Below are positions 24,475-35,755 of a DNA stretch of 64,000 nt, one piece after another; positions within the stretch are counted from its first letter, which is position 1, and each line of letters begins with the position of its first letter. The notes under the pieces are model-generated. The model saw nothing but the letters and a program-made list of their open reading frames with translations. It had not been told where the DNA came from and did not search any database. This stretch comes from Chrysemys picta bellii (taxonomy: Eukaryota): contig NC_088801.1 in assembly GCF_011386835.1 (NCBI RefSeq), positions 77,500,001 through 77,564,000 on the forward strand. The letters are read 5' to 3'. Position numbers and translations under genes: made by a program.

Positions 24475-24718
24475 CACTTGTCTGAACAGTCAGTGTGCGG
24501 CAAGCTGAGGTATAAATCTGCCGCTCACTGACTGTCCACGTGGACACGAGTGTGCTGTGATCTGCCCTGCTTTGAAACAGGAGTAGCTCCAAACGCAGGA
24601 CAGAACTTGTAGTGTGTGTTAGCAGGATCCACGTGGCCAGTTAGTCTGCGGCACGCCGGTGCAAGCTGGGTTTACGTCCCAGCGTGCGAGACACTAACTG
24701 TTCGTATAGCCAAGCCCT
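24475..24718. mobile_element. Degraded Harbinger-type MITE
   Basis: cttgtctgaac ... gttcgtatagccaagccc resemble decayed GTCTACAC TIRs. Internal ccacgtgg palindromes. Confidence 0.4.
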
Positions 24719-26147
24719 TCGTTGTTATCCTCCGATACTCTAGTCTCCTCCGTACTGGAGAGTGAACAGCGCCTTTACATCTAGGATTGTGATAGCATGT
24801 TCTAGGAGGGAAAGGTTTGATCTCCCTGCAGAACTGCCGGTGGAGTAGATTTGTGTAATGCCATGACAGTTCAGCTAATCTACTTAGTCATTTAGGCAGA
24901 CACAAGGCCATGCTAGTCCCAGATTACAGCCTCTCATCCCTTCATTAAATTCACACTAAAATAATAATGGATTATTGAAAAACAGATTTTTTTTTCCCAG
25001 GAGGAGCGTGGGGAAAGAGGAGGGTAGAGTGGTTTTTATTTATTTATTTATTTCCACTAAGCAAACTGCTGAAATCCACCCAAGGTCCCTTGAAATATCA
25101 GAATATAAAAATCTGTCGGCCAAGGCACTTTATTCCATTGCCAGTTATTCGTCCTTCTCGGGGTGAGCCTCCAGGACAGGGGCATGGTGGTAAAACTGGA
25201 CGTGTTCGAGACCATTCTCTTGTCTCTGAACTTGCCTATAAAAAGGGCCCCCCGGCTGTGAAACGTGGTTGCTGCCAATACTCTTGTTGTGCCAGAGCAC
25301 CCCCAGTACCTTCCTAGGCTGGCTCTTCGTGTCCCCATCGTGTTATAGTTTGAGTGTCTGGGTTTTTTTCCCCAAGCTTTATCAGAAATCTAGATTTGCG
25401 ATTAACGGCAGCCACAAGTACTTGTGGGAATTTCATACAAATCCTTTCCTAGTAAAAGCCAAAGAAAAAGCAAATACCTTGCACACATGGACCGAAACAG
25501 TTCTGCAGAAACCAGATGATTCAAGCTTTTTGCTTGGTACCTGGAGACCAGGAAAGCATAGTTTAAAACATCCCCAAATGTGCATGTGCCTACAACAGTG
25601 ATTACCCCGAATCTCATCTGTAGCACATCCTCATGCATTCCTTCCCCTACACAACCAGCACCACCACGTGCTGCCCAAGAGTGGCACAGAGGTAAGCAGG
25701 ATTAGCTGTTTGTGTGGGGGGTGATCCGGCGTAAAATTGTGCTCAGGACTGGGTCTTTGTAAAGTGCATGTGTGGCTAGGAGTGCAAGGCAATGCTGTAG
25801 CACTGCAGTGCTGGTCACAGCCGGGCCGTGCACCCTTGGTGGTATGTGTAAGGTTACCGACCGTTCTGGAGAAATGCTCAGAAGATCACTCTCTGGTTTG
25901 CCTTTCCCTGGACACAGGGTAATTAAAGGTAATAGCAGTAGTCAAATCCAATTTGGCATCTTGGAGCTGGCTTCCTGGTTTTCTCCAGCTACAGTAAGAA
26001 ATAATTAAGGATAGGAACAGATCAATAGCAGTGTTAGATAGTGGGAGCTCTTTGTTTGAAAGCTTTGTAAAGGAGACTCCGTAGCACTGGGGAAAAGTCC
26101 TTGGCAGAGCACAGGACAGAACAGCCCCTGCAGAGGGAGGTGGTAAT

Positions 26148-27310
26148 TGTGACGGGTTAGATCACAGAAACCCCCTGGGAGCTGCCACCTGATGTGCCAA
26201 GACTACTACTGCTCCTGCTTTCCCTGCCAGCTCGGGACCCCAGCACCCTGTCTTGCTGAGCCAGACACGTCCGTCTGCTCCAACACAGACCCAGGGGCTG
26301 ACTTACTAGCCCCAAAGCTGCAGACTTAACTGAAAGCAGCTAATAGAAGTGTTCTTGTCTTTAACACTCAGGTGCCCAACTCCCAATGGGGTCTAAACCC
26401 AAATAAATCTGTTTTACCCTGTATAAAGCTTACACAGGGTAAACTGATAAATTTCATAAATTATTCGCCCTCTATTACACCGATAGAGATGCACAGCTGT
26501 TTGCCCCCCACCCCCCAGGTATTAATACATACTCTGGGTTAATTAATAAGTAAAAAGTGATTTTTATTAAATACAGAAAGTAGATTTAAGTGATTCCAAG
26601 TAGTAACAAACAGAACAAAGTGAATTCCCAAGTAAAATAAAATAAAACATGCAAGTCTGTATCTAATACAGTAAGAAACTGAATACAGATAAGATCTCAC
26701 CCTCAGAGATGTTTCAATACGTTTCTTTCACAGACTGGACGCCTTCCTAGTCTGGGCACAATTCTTTCCCCTGGTACAGCCCTTGTTCCAGCTCAGGTGA
26801 TAGCTAGGGGATTCCTCATGATGGCTGCCCTTTGTTCTATTCCACCCATTTATATCTCTTTTGCATAAGGCGGGAATCCTTTGTCCCTCTCTGGGTTCCC
26901 ACCTCCTCCTTCTCAATGGAAAGACACCAGGTTAAAGATGGATTCCAGTTCAGGTGACATGATCACATGTCACTGCAAGACTTCATTGCCCACTTGCCAG
27001 CACACACATGTACAGGGAGACTTACAGGTAAAACACAGCCATCTGCACACAGTGGTCCTGGTTAATGGGAGTCATCAAGATTCCAAACCACCATTAATGG
27101 CCCACACTTTGCATAATTGCAATAGGCCCTCAGAGTTATATTTCATGTTTCTAGTTTCAGATACAAGAGTGGTACATTTCTACAAATAGGATGATCACAC
27201 TCAGTAGATTATAAGCTTTGTAATGATACCTTACAAGAGACCTTTTGCATGAAGCATATTCCAGTTACATTAACATATTTTCATAAAAGCATATAGAGTG
27301 CAATGTCACC
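26148..27310 (-). mobile_element. Solo LTR (about 1.16 kb), family A copy 2
   Basis: TGTGACGGG start, colinear with 15176-16378, ends GTCACC. Flanks GTAAT / GGAAT are a 4/5 TSD match. Confidence 0.85.
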
Positions 27311-28401
27311 GGAATGTCAGGCTCCCCACAAGTGGGTGCTATCCCTCTGGACCCAGGACCACTTGTAGGATGAGGGTCTGAACTGCAGTGCCCAGACTCA
27401 TGGGATCTCTCTCCTGATCTGAGGCCTCTTCAGGCTACCGTAACGTTAAAGAATTCCTGCTCTTCCTTGGCTTCCTGCTGACACGTTTTCCTCTGAACAT
27501 CTGTCAGCTGGGAATTGAGCTCCGAATATTGACATTCCACTTGACTTGTTACAGTAGTGCCTGCGGCTCCGGTCTGGGCCCTTGCCCTAAAGCATTCTAC
27601 AGACACACCCTGCTCAAAGAACAGCATGTCTGAGTACAATGCCACAGAGGACAGCAATGACCTGCGGGCGCTAGTGGCCTACAAAGGCTCTGTCACGTTG
27701 CCAAGCCCCAAATCAATAGAGTCCCTTTGTTAGATGCTGCTTATATTGGCTCTACTCTTGGCAAAGCCCGGGGCTTCCTGCTGGAGTTGAAGGTACCTCT
27801 CTCTGTTACTCTATAAACCTGGTCTGGAGGGGTTAGCATTCGCCTGTGCTAATTCACATCAGGCTAAAGAAAAGGCATAGAGCTGGTTAGCCTAGAGAGG
27901 CATGCTGCTATTAAAGATTTGTCACTGTTATGTAAAATGAGGGGGAAAGGGAAGTGGGATGGCTTTGTGCTTCTTTTCGGTCTGTAGTAACTGGTTGTCT
28001 TTGGCCTCTCGCCTCACTCTCATGTAGCCGGCCATATAAAGTGCTCCAGGCCTCCTCACTCAGTGCCCAGTACCATCTGTGTTAACGCTGCCCCACATTG
28101 CATGTTGGTTTTCCCTGCCTTTCCATGTCATTAACAGAGAAGTCAATTAGTAATTGATTTATTTCCCTAGTTCCATTAGAGAGAAGTAATCCAATATTCC
28201 ATGCATCCTACCCGTCAGCAACTGAACACGTTCCCAACCCACTCCTTCCCCCGCCCCTATTGCTGCCGCCCTCTCAGGCAGTCTGATAACGTGGAATGTT
28301 TGAAGAGTCTGGGTTTTTCCGGTAAGATCCGGTGGGCCAAAGAAAAACTGAGACCAGGGCTGACTTTCTTAGCTGACCCATTTTCAATTGACAAGATCAG
28401 A

Positions 28402-30645
28402 TTTAAAATTTTTATTAAAGCTAATGTTAAAAAAATTATATCGTACATAGGTTGGGAAAAGAGTGTCTGTACATCTGGGTATAGTGCTTGGACTATCCAC
28501 TAATACAAAGTTTGTTTTTAAAGTCATATGATACATGCAGCACATAATCAGCAATAATCCAAATTTAGGTGAATAGATTTAACAATACAGTTTAGATATT
28601 AGAATGCGACTACTCGGCTACATCACTCATGAAAAGTTGTAGAGAGATTTGGCTGTGGAAAGCAAAATATATCAGCAAGTGGAGATTGTCCCTCAGTAAT
28701 TGAGAATTAGGATAGGTTGCCCATTTAGAGGGGGGGAAAAAACAGTCCATCAAGAAAGTATTTGAATTACTTTCCGGTCTGCACTTCTCATCGGCACTCC
28801 GGCTCACTCCTCCTGATATTGCCAATGTCCAGTGATGTATGTAGTTGTCCCTCGACTACCTGATGGCACCCGACACCGTGAGTTGCATCAGTCAAGCGTA
28901 GTGTTGACCGATTCCGCGTTCTCTCAGCAGTTGCTCGTTACCGGGGTCCCATGCGCCTAAGGCTCCGACAGTCAGTGCATGTGTCTGGACCTGGGAACCC
29001 TTAACTCTCAAGATGTCGGCCAGAGGGGCATATTTCTCTACCTTTCGAGCTCGGGCATCGTGAAAAGCCGGGTTCCTGTTCTCTAATGGCACTGTGTGAC
29101 GTCCACCATGATGATCTTCTTCCAGTCCTTGGTGATGACTATGTCCGGTCGCAGTTGGCTGTCGGTTCCAGGGATGGCTGAGTTTATGGCAACCTTCCCT
29201 ATGGGTGGCGGGATGGCTCTGGCCAGGCGATCTTGGATGGTGTTGTGTCGCAGCTGCCAAGCTCTCGAATGGGGCTTGCAGCTACTCAGGATGTGGGGTA
29301 GCATCTCGTTGGCATAGCCACACTCCCTGCATCGTTTGTCCCGATTCCCGTGGTGGAAGGCTCCATTCAGGGGGACACAGTTGAGCTGGGCCCTGTGGAT
29401 GAACCTCCAGTCAGCAAATCAGGTGAAGCTGTCCCCGGGAAGGAAGTGGTTGCTGGCGTTCCACGTGCACGTCACCTCAAAGGCCTTGCCCTGGTCTGGC
29501 TTCCGTTTCAGGTGTTCCACGTATTGGCAGCAGATGGGATCCTTCAGGGTCCTCTCCAGCATGGTTCTAGCTCTCGGAGTGATGATAGTGTGATCTGTAT
29601 TCTTCACCTGTGACACCAGGGCTCCCAGCTCCTGGCATTCCTCTCACCATGTCCGGTGGCAGCTGATACACTTCTCCAGTAGTTGCATAGCATTGCAGGC
29701 AGGCGTCCAGAGCGAAGCAAAGTCTCCCCTGTCTCTTCCAAATTCACCTTCCAGAGAGCCGCTCAGGTGGGTGGTGACATCTTGGTTGAAGGGGGTCCTG
29801 GCAATTTGCATCTTGACGCATCCTGCAGAGCACTCTCCGATGTTCCTCACCATGGCGTCTGGACACGTCAGAAGGCGTGAGTGATCATGGCAACATCGCA
29901 CAGATCACCCATACGAGGGACGTCGGCGCCGCCCTGCCTGTGCAAGATGTACACCAGTTCATTGCTGGCCCTCTGGGGAAGAAACATCTACTACTTCACC
30001 AGCTGCCGGATGGTATTGTCTGCCTTGTTGAGAGGTACCTTCACCACGGCAGATCCCCTCAGGACGAATGAGATATGGGGGATCAGGAAGGTGTTCAAGG
30101 CGTTGATCTTTTGCCATGGTGCCAATAGGGAGGAGTTGATCCTGGCCACAGTTCGTAGGATCTCCGCGATGGTATCCTCAGGTGTCTGCTGGATGCAGAA
30201 ACCCGTCGGTGTGCCAAGTTGATGGTCTGCTTGCCTGTCGTCGAGGAAGATCATGGGTTCACCCTGGATCTGAAAAGACGTCGCCTGGACTGAATCCTTT
30301 CTACTGCCATCGATATGCAGGGATGCACACTTCCTGGCATTGAAGTGGAGTCCCATCCAGTTGGCAGCTTGGCTGGTGATGTCAAGCATTTGTTCAAGAC
30401 TCTCAGGGTTGTCTGCAATCAGGACCAGGTCATCTGTGTTAGGCCAGGATATTCACTCTGTTGTCGTATAGATCGAAATAGCTGGAGATCGCTCGAATGA
30501 GCGGATCCATGGCTGAGTTGAAAACGATGGGGTTCGGGGGGCAGCCTTGCTTCATGCCACTATGGAATTTTGGGTGTCTCTCCCTCCATGAAGCGCATGG
30601 TGGTGGTGCAGCCTTCATACAGGTCCCGGACCAGTTGGAGACAGT
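28402..30645 (-). mobile_element. Utopia/NeSL-like RLE non-LTR retrotransposon, 5'-truncated and frameshifted
   Basis: Minus frames give RT (GMKQGCP; LDITSQAANWMGLHFNARKCASLHIDG; LAPWQKINALNTFLIP), a CCHC knuckle (C..C..ANEMLPHILSSCKPH) and a PD..D restriction-like endonuclease (LRPDIVIT..KKIIMVDVT..ENR..ARKVEKYAPLAD). The ORF ends ~28803, followed by an AT-rich 3' UTR ending AATAAAAATTTTAAA. Confidence 0.88.
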
Positions 30646-30649
30646 TTTT

Positions 30650-31015
30650 TCTCTCTGTGTTGATGACTCACTGATTTACCTCTCTTTTCAGGATCTGTCG
30701 TTCTCTCTCCAGACTCAAATCTCAGCCTGCCTTTGACATCTCCTTGTGGATGTCCAGCTGTCAACTAAAACATAACGTGGCTACATCCCAGCTCCTTCTC
30801 CTCACCCCCTTTCTCTGTCACGGTGGAGAGCACCACTGTCCTCCCTGTCACTTCACCCATAATCTCAGCTCTAGTTTTTGACTCATCGCTCTCTTTCGAA
30901 ACAACACCCACACGTCAATCTTGCTGCTTCTTCCTGTGCTAAAACCTCTGAGATCTGACCGTTCCTGGCTGCCCTCACTGCCAGAAATTTTCTTGTCTAA
31001 GCCCTGAGCATTGTT
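30650..31015 (+). mobile_element. L2 LINE RT fragment
   Basis: Translates as DDSLIYLSFQDLSFSLQTQISACL..DISLWMSS.QLK, then FSVTVESTTVLPV, matching L2 ORF2 (YADDSQIYLS..ISACLSDIS.WMS...LKLN). Confidence 0.7.
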
Positions 31016-31634
31016 ACGTTCTTGGGATGGTTCTTATGCATAAGTTAGTGATTTGTACTCTCAACTCCATCCAGCTCCAGTTTTTTGCCTGGGAATATAG
31101 TGAGGTATTGATCGCCTTAACTCAATGGAAAGCGAAGAGATTGCTGAACAATCAAATTGGCTCTTGCATTAATTCTATTACTGCTCTAGAAAAGCTGTGT
31201 ACACACTGATTTAAACTGCTTTTCCATGGTTTAAAAAAGGTGTGCCTGTGTATGTATCTGTTTTCATTTTCCTCTTTAATTGCAGTAATTACTTTGGCCC
31301 AAGGCACATCTTGGGGATTAATGATCTGCTGAAGTTCTTCGAGTGATTGCTCATGACTATTCCACAATAGTTATGCATGCGCGCCACGTGCACCAGTGCC
31401 GGAAGTTTTTCCCCTAGCAGTACCCGTAGCGACCCCTCTATGGTGTGGTATAAAGGGCGCTGTGCGCTCCCCCCTCCCTCAGTTCCTCCTTGCTGCCAGT
31501 GAAGGTGCTTCGGAACTGCTCTGCTCCAGCTTTGCTGTAGCTCGTCCCCGAAACTGCTGGTTCGTTCAGTGTGTGGTACCTGTAGTTAGTTTAGTTAGTT
31601 TAGTTTAGCTAGAGTGCCCGGGCCGGGGCAAGCC

Positions 31635-33991
31635 CCGTGTCCTGGGTTTTAAGTAGTGCGACACTTGTAGGCGATCTGTGCCACTGAGTGATCCGCACGC
31701 AGACTGTCTATGCTGTCTGGGGGAAACCCATCTCAGCGATCGCTGCAAGATTTTCAAGTTGTTTAAGCCTCGGACCAAGAGAGAAAGGGACATTAGGCTC
31801 CGGGCTGTCGTGTTGGAGTCTACGCTGACCCTGGCTCTGGTGCGCCGCTCCGAGTCGGTAACTGGGCACCGCAGTGTCGGTGCGCGGTGACCCTCCGGTG
31901 CCATCGACTAGTCGGCACTTCTCCCCAGCCACAGGGTACGCCAAGAAGGCTAGGAAGAGGCCTTCTTTGCCACGGCACTGGAGTAAACCCGGGACAGAGG
32001 CTAGACCCACGTCGGGCAGTCCTCTAGGCCTCCAACTCAAGTCGAGCGGAGTAACGCGGCCTATTCGGAGCAGGCCTCCCCGGATGTCCGGATGCCCTCC
32101 ACACCGGAGGCCCTGCAGGCGGCCCAGGGTGTTATGTCCATGCCGGTACCGGGAGCACTGCCGATGTCAGCCCCGCACTCCAGAGGCAAGCCACCGCTGG
32201 GATCTCCGCAGTCGCCCCTGGCTCGATACCGGTCTCGGTTGAGGGAATGTTCCTGATGCCATTCGCTGCCCAGTGGCCGTTCAGGGCAAAGTCCTCATGG
32301 ATTGCCCTCGACGCCCACCAGGTGTCTGGTTGGGTTCCATCCGACTGAGACTCTCGACACCGCTCCGCCTCCAGGAGCGGACACCGACGGGATTAAGGCA
32401 GACATCGCCAAGGGTCCTCGTCTCGGAGGGGCTATCGCAGCCAGTCACGGCACGAACGTTGACGTCATTCCCGTTCGTCGTCCCGCTCCAGGACCCCATC
32501 ACGGCACCGCCTCCGCAGCCCTGGGCATCGATTGCCATCATCTCGCCATCGTGGGTCCGACCGCCAGAGCCGATCGCAAAGCAGCTGTTACTGACGGTAC
32601 CGGTCCTCCATGTCGGGATCGCGGTACCATGGTTGGCATCGCTCCCGGCACCACCGCTCCTCCCGTCCAGGGACAGCAGCAGGTTGTATGTCAGCCCGGC
32701 CTCCCTTTGTAGTCATCCATCGATAGACCAGGCCAGCCAGGCCAAACAGCCGGCTCCACTGGTGCCACAGGAGGTGCAGTGGCACCAGACCCTGTGGCCG
32801 GCCCAATGGTACCAGTGGGCACCGTGGCCCCCAACGCAGCCCCCAGTGGGGGCTCGCTCGGTGGGCAGAGCCTCAGAAGGACCATCGGCCTCCCTCTCCA
32901 GACCTCCGAAGAAGGAATCGGTGGGACGTACATCCTTGGCACCGTGTCCAGAGAATGACCTGGGTGTCGACCGGCACCGGAGGGTCCACCACCTAAGTAC
33001 CGCACCAGCCTCCTCACCCTCCACGGATGAGGCGATTATGGCCCCTCCGTCCTGCAGGAGGACTTTAGGGCCCACCAAGAACTCTTAAAAAGGGTGGCAT
33101 CAAGCCTCCACCTCCAAGCAGAGGAGATGGAGGAGCCCTCGGACTCCCTGTTTAATGTGCTGTCCTCCTCGGCACCGGGCAGGGTAGCCTTGCCTCTCCA
33201 TGAAGGGGTGGTGAAAATTTCAAATGCCCTGTGAAAAACCCTGGTCTCATTGGCCCCCATCTCTAAGAGAGTGGAACGCAAGTATTTTGTACCCGCCAAG
33301 GAACATGAATACTTATACACCCACCCTGCTCCTAACTCCCTGGTGGTCGAGTCGGTCAACCACAGTGAACGGCAGGGCCAACCAGCTCCTACCCCAAAAA
33401 ATAAAGAATCAAGGCGTCCGGACTCTTTTGGAAGGAAAACTTATTCATCCTCGAGCTTCCAGTTTATGGGTGGCGAACCACCAGGCTCTCCTGGGCCGGC
33501 GTGAGTTCAATCTGTGGGGCTCCCTGCCCAATTTCGAGGACTCCCTCCAGGAGGGCGACAGGAAGGAGTTCAAAGCTCTGGTGGAGGAGGGCAACTTTGC
33601 AGGCGGCTTCGGATGCAGCGGACACGGCCGCGCACTCCATGGCCTCCGCGGTGTCCATGAGAAGGGCGTCGTGGTTCCTGCTCTCTGGGCTGTCCAGCGA
33701 GGCGCAGACCTCCCGTTTGACGGCAAAACCCTGTCTGCGGAACAAACGGATACAAAGCTGCATGGCCTGAAAGCCTCCCGCACGACTCTCCAGACTCTGA
33801 GTCTCTATGTTCCGGCTCCAGCTAAGCCTAAGTTCAAGCCACAGCCGACTCCCGCTCAGGCCACCCACCCAAAATACGAGACCGCTTATAAGAAGTCGCT
33901 GGACTATAAGAGATGCCCACAGAGGCAGTCTTGGCCTGCCCCCGAGCCTGGGTCCTCCAAGAGCAAGCAGGCAGGGAAAAGGCGGTTTTGA
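31635..33991 (+). pseudogene. DIRS gag-like ORF1 remnant (N-terminal Cys/His motif, Pro-rich linker, LAP2alpha-like domain)
   Basis: C-x2-C..DPHADCLCCLGETHLSDRCKIF near 31650-31800; DFRAHQELLKRVASSLHLQAEEMEEPSDSLFNVL near 33060-33200. Multiple stops and frameshifts. Confidence 0.75.
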
Positions 33992-34254
33992 CAGGAAGCC
34001 CGGGAGCGCCCTGCCAGTTCTCATCAGGGATCCACCCTCAATAAAGCTTCCCTTCTCCAATCGGTTGTGTGCTTTCCTTCCGGAGTGATCGCAGTTGACC
34101 TCGGACCGATGGGTCCTCAACACCATCTCCCGGGCTACACCCTCCAGTTTTCTTCCTCCCCACCCAACCATCCCCCGCCCCCATCCCTCCTGGTGGACCC
34201 CTCGCACGAGGCTCTGCTCGAGCAGGAGGTGGGCAGCTCCTGGGCTTAGGAGCG

Positions 34255-34850
34255 GTGGAAGCAGTACCTGGGGAGTTCAAGGGCAAGGGGTACTACTCCC
34301 GCTATTTCCTTATCCCGAAGGCCAAAGGGGGGTTCAGGCCCATCTTGGTTCAGGCCTCGCAGGTCCAGCACATGGTGAAGCTCAAGTTCTGCATGGTCTC
34401 CCTGGCCTCCGTCATCACCTCCCTGGATCCCGGGGACTGGTATGCCGCCCTCGATTTGCAGGATGCGTACTTCCACATTCATATATTCGAGGGGCACTGA
34501 TGCTTCCTCCATTTCATGGTGGGGCAGGAACACAATTTACGGTCCTCCTGTTTGGCCTGTCCACTGCTCCCAGGGTATTCACGAAATGTATGTCAGAGGT
34601 GGCAACCTATCTCAGGGGCCAAGGGGTCCAGAACTTCCCCTATCTGGATGACTGGTTGGTCAAGGGCAGCTCCCGGTTGCAGGTGTGGGATCACGTGGCG
34701 CGCCTTCTGTCCACATGTACCACTTTGGGCCTGTTGGTAAACAACACCAGGTCCACATTAGTCCCGGTTAAATGCATAGAGTTTATCGGGGCAGTCCCGG
34801 ATGCCTTGTCGGCCAGAGCCTCCCTCCCACTGGACAGGTTCGAGACCCTG
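34255..34850 (+). pseudogene. DIRS reverse transcriptase remnant
   Basis: ORFs 34255-34500 and 34095-34883 carry RT motifs (FGLSTAPRVFTKCM, FPYLDDWLV, FIGA). Confidence 0.85.
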
Positions 34851-35631
34851 TGCAGGGCCACACGGTTTTCTCCCGTGCTATGACTGGCTGATTCCTTACG
34901 GGAAGAGGCAATCTAACCCCTTATGTTAGGCCCCCTGTCCCGCAGTGGGACCTAAACCTGGTGTTGGCCTATCTCACGGGTCCCCGTTTGAGCCACTAGC
35001 CACGTGCTCCTGGTCACACCTCTCGTGGAAGGTGGCCTTCCTGGTTGCGATCACGTCGGCTAGATGGGTCTCGGAGCTCAGGGCCCTGACCTCCGAGCCC
35101 CTGTTGATGGTGTTCATAAAGATAAGGTCCAGCTCCGCCCACACCTTTCGTTTCTTCCGAAGGTGGTCTCCGCCTATGACATGGATCAGGACATTTTTCT
35201 GCCGGTCCTCTGCTCCAAGCCCCATGCATCCAGTGAGGAGCACCGCCTCCACGCGCTGGATGTGAGACGGGCTCTGGCTTTCTACGCGGAGCGGACTAGG
35301 CCGTTCAGAAAGTCCTCAACTGTTCATCGCCTCGGCCGAGCACATAAAAGGTTGGCCGATCTATACTCAGCGGCTCTCCAACTGGATCACCTCGCGCATC
35401 CGTACCTGTTATGACCTGGCGGGAATCCCGCCGCCACCAATTGTGAAGGCGCACTTGACTCGGGCGCAGGCCTCGTCGCTTGCCTTTTTGGCACATGTCC
35501 CCATTCAGGACATTCGTAGGGCTGCCACGTGGTCTTCGGTTCACCCGTTCACCTCGCACTATGTGATTGTCTCCCAAACCAGGGATGACGCCGGGTTCGG
35601 CAGGGCTGTGCTCCGTCCCGAGAATTTGTGA
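34851..35631 (+). pseudogene. DIRS tyrosine recombinase remnant (N-terminus missing)
   Basis: PVPQWDLNLVL; LSWKVAFLVAITSARWVSELRAL; FLPKVVS; LDVRRAL; AHLTRAQASS..AATWSSVHPFTSHY (H-x-x-R, W and catalytic Y positions). Confidence 0.85.
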
Positions 35632-35660
35632 ACTCCTACCCACCTCCAACAGATATAGCT

Positions 35661-35755
35661 TGGAATACACATGAGCAATCACTCGAAGAAGAAAAGACAG
35701 TTACCTTTTCCGTAACTGGTGTTCTTCGAGATGTGTTGCTCATGTCTATTCCACA
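35661..35755 (+). other. DIRS internal complementary region (ICR)
   Basis: ggaatacacatgagcaatcactcgaagaa is complementary to the left terminus (31335-31365). The following gttacc..gttcttcgagatgtgttgctcatgtctattccaca is complementary to the right terminus. Confidence 0.88.

Noticed and set aside
15176-27310. The two family-A LTRs as the ends of one full provirus
   Set aside because: Each LTR has its own TSD, there is no PBS next to either, and the interval holds unrelated repeats rather than gag/pol.
28380-28401. U2 snRNA gene or pseudogene
   Set aside because: Similarity covers only ~22 nt and neither the upstream nor the downstream U2 sequence is present; treated as a target-site mimic.
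32273-33088. 271-aa Pro-rich ORF and overlapping antisense ORFs as host genes
   Set aside because: They lie inside the GC-rich DIRS gag region, where overlapping open frames are expected.
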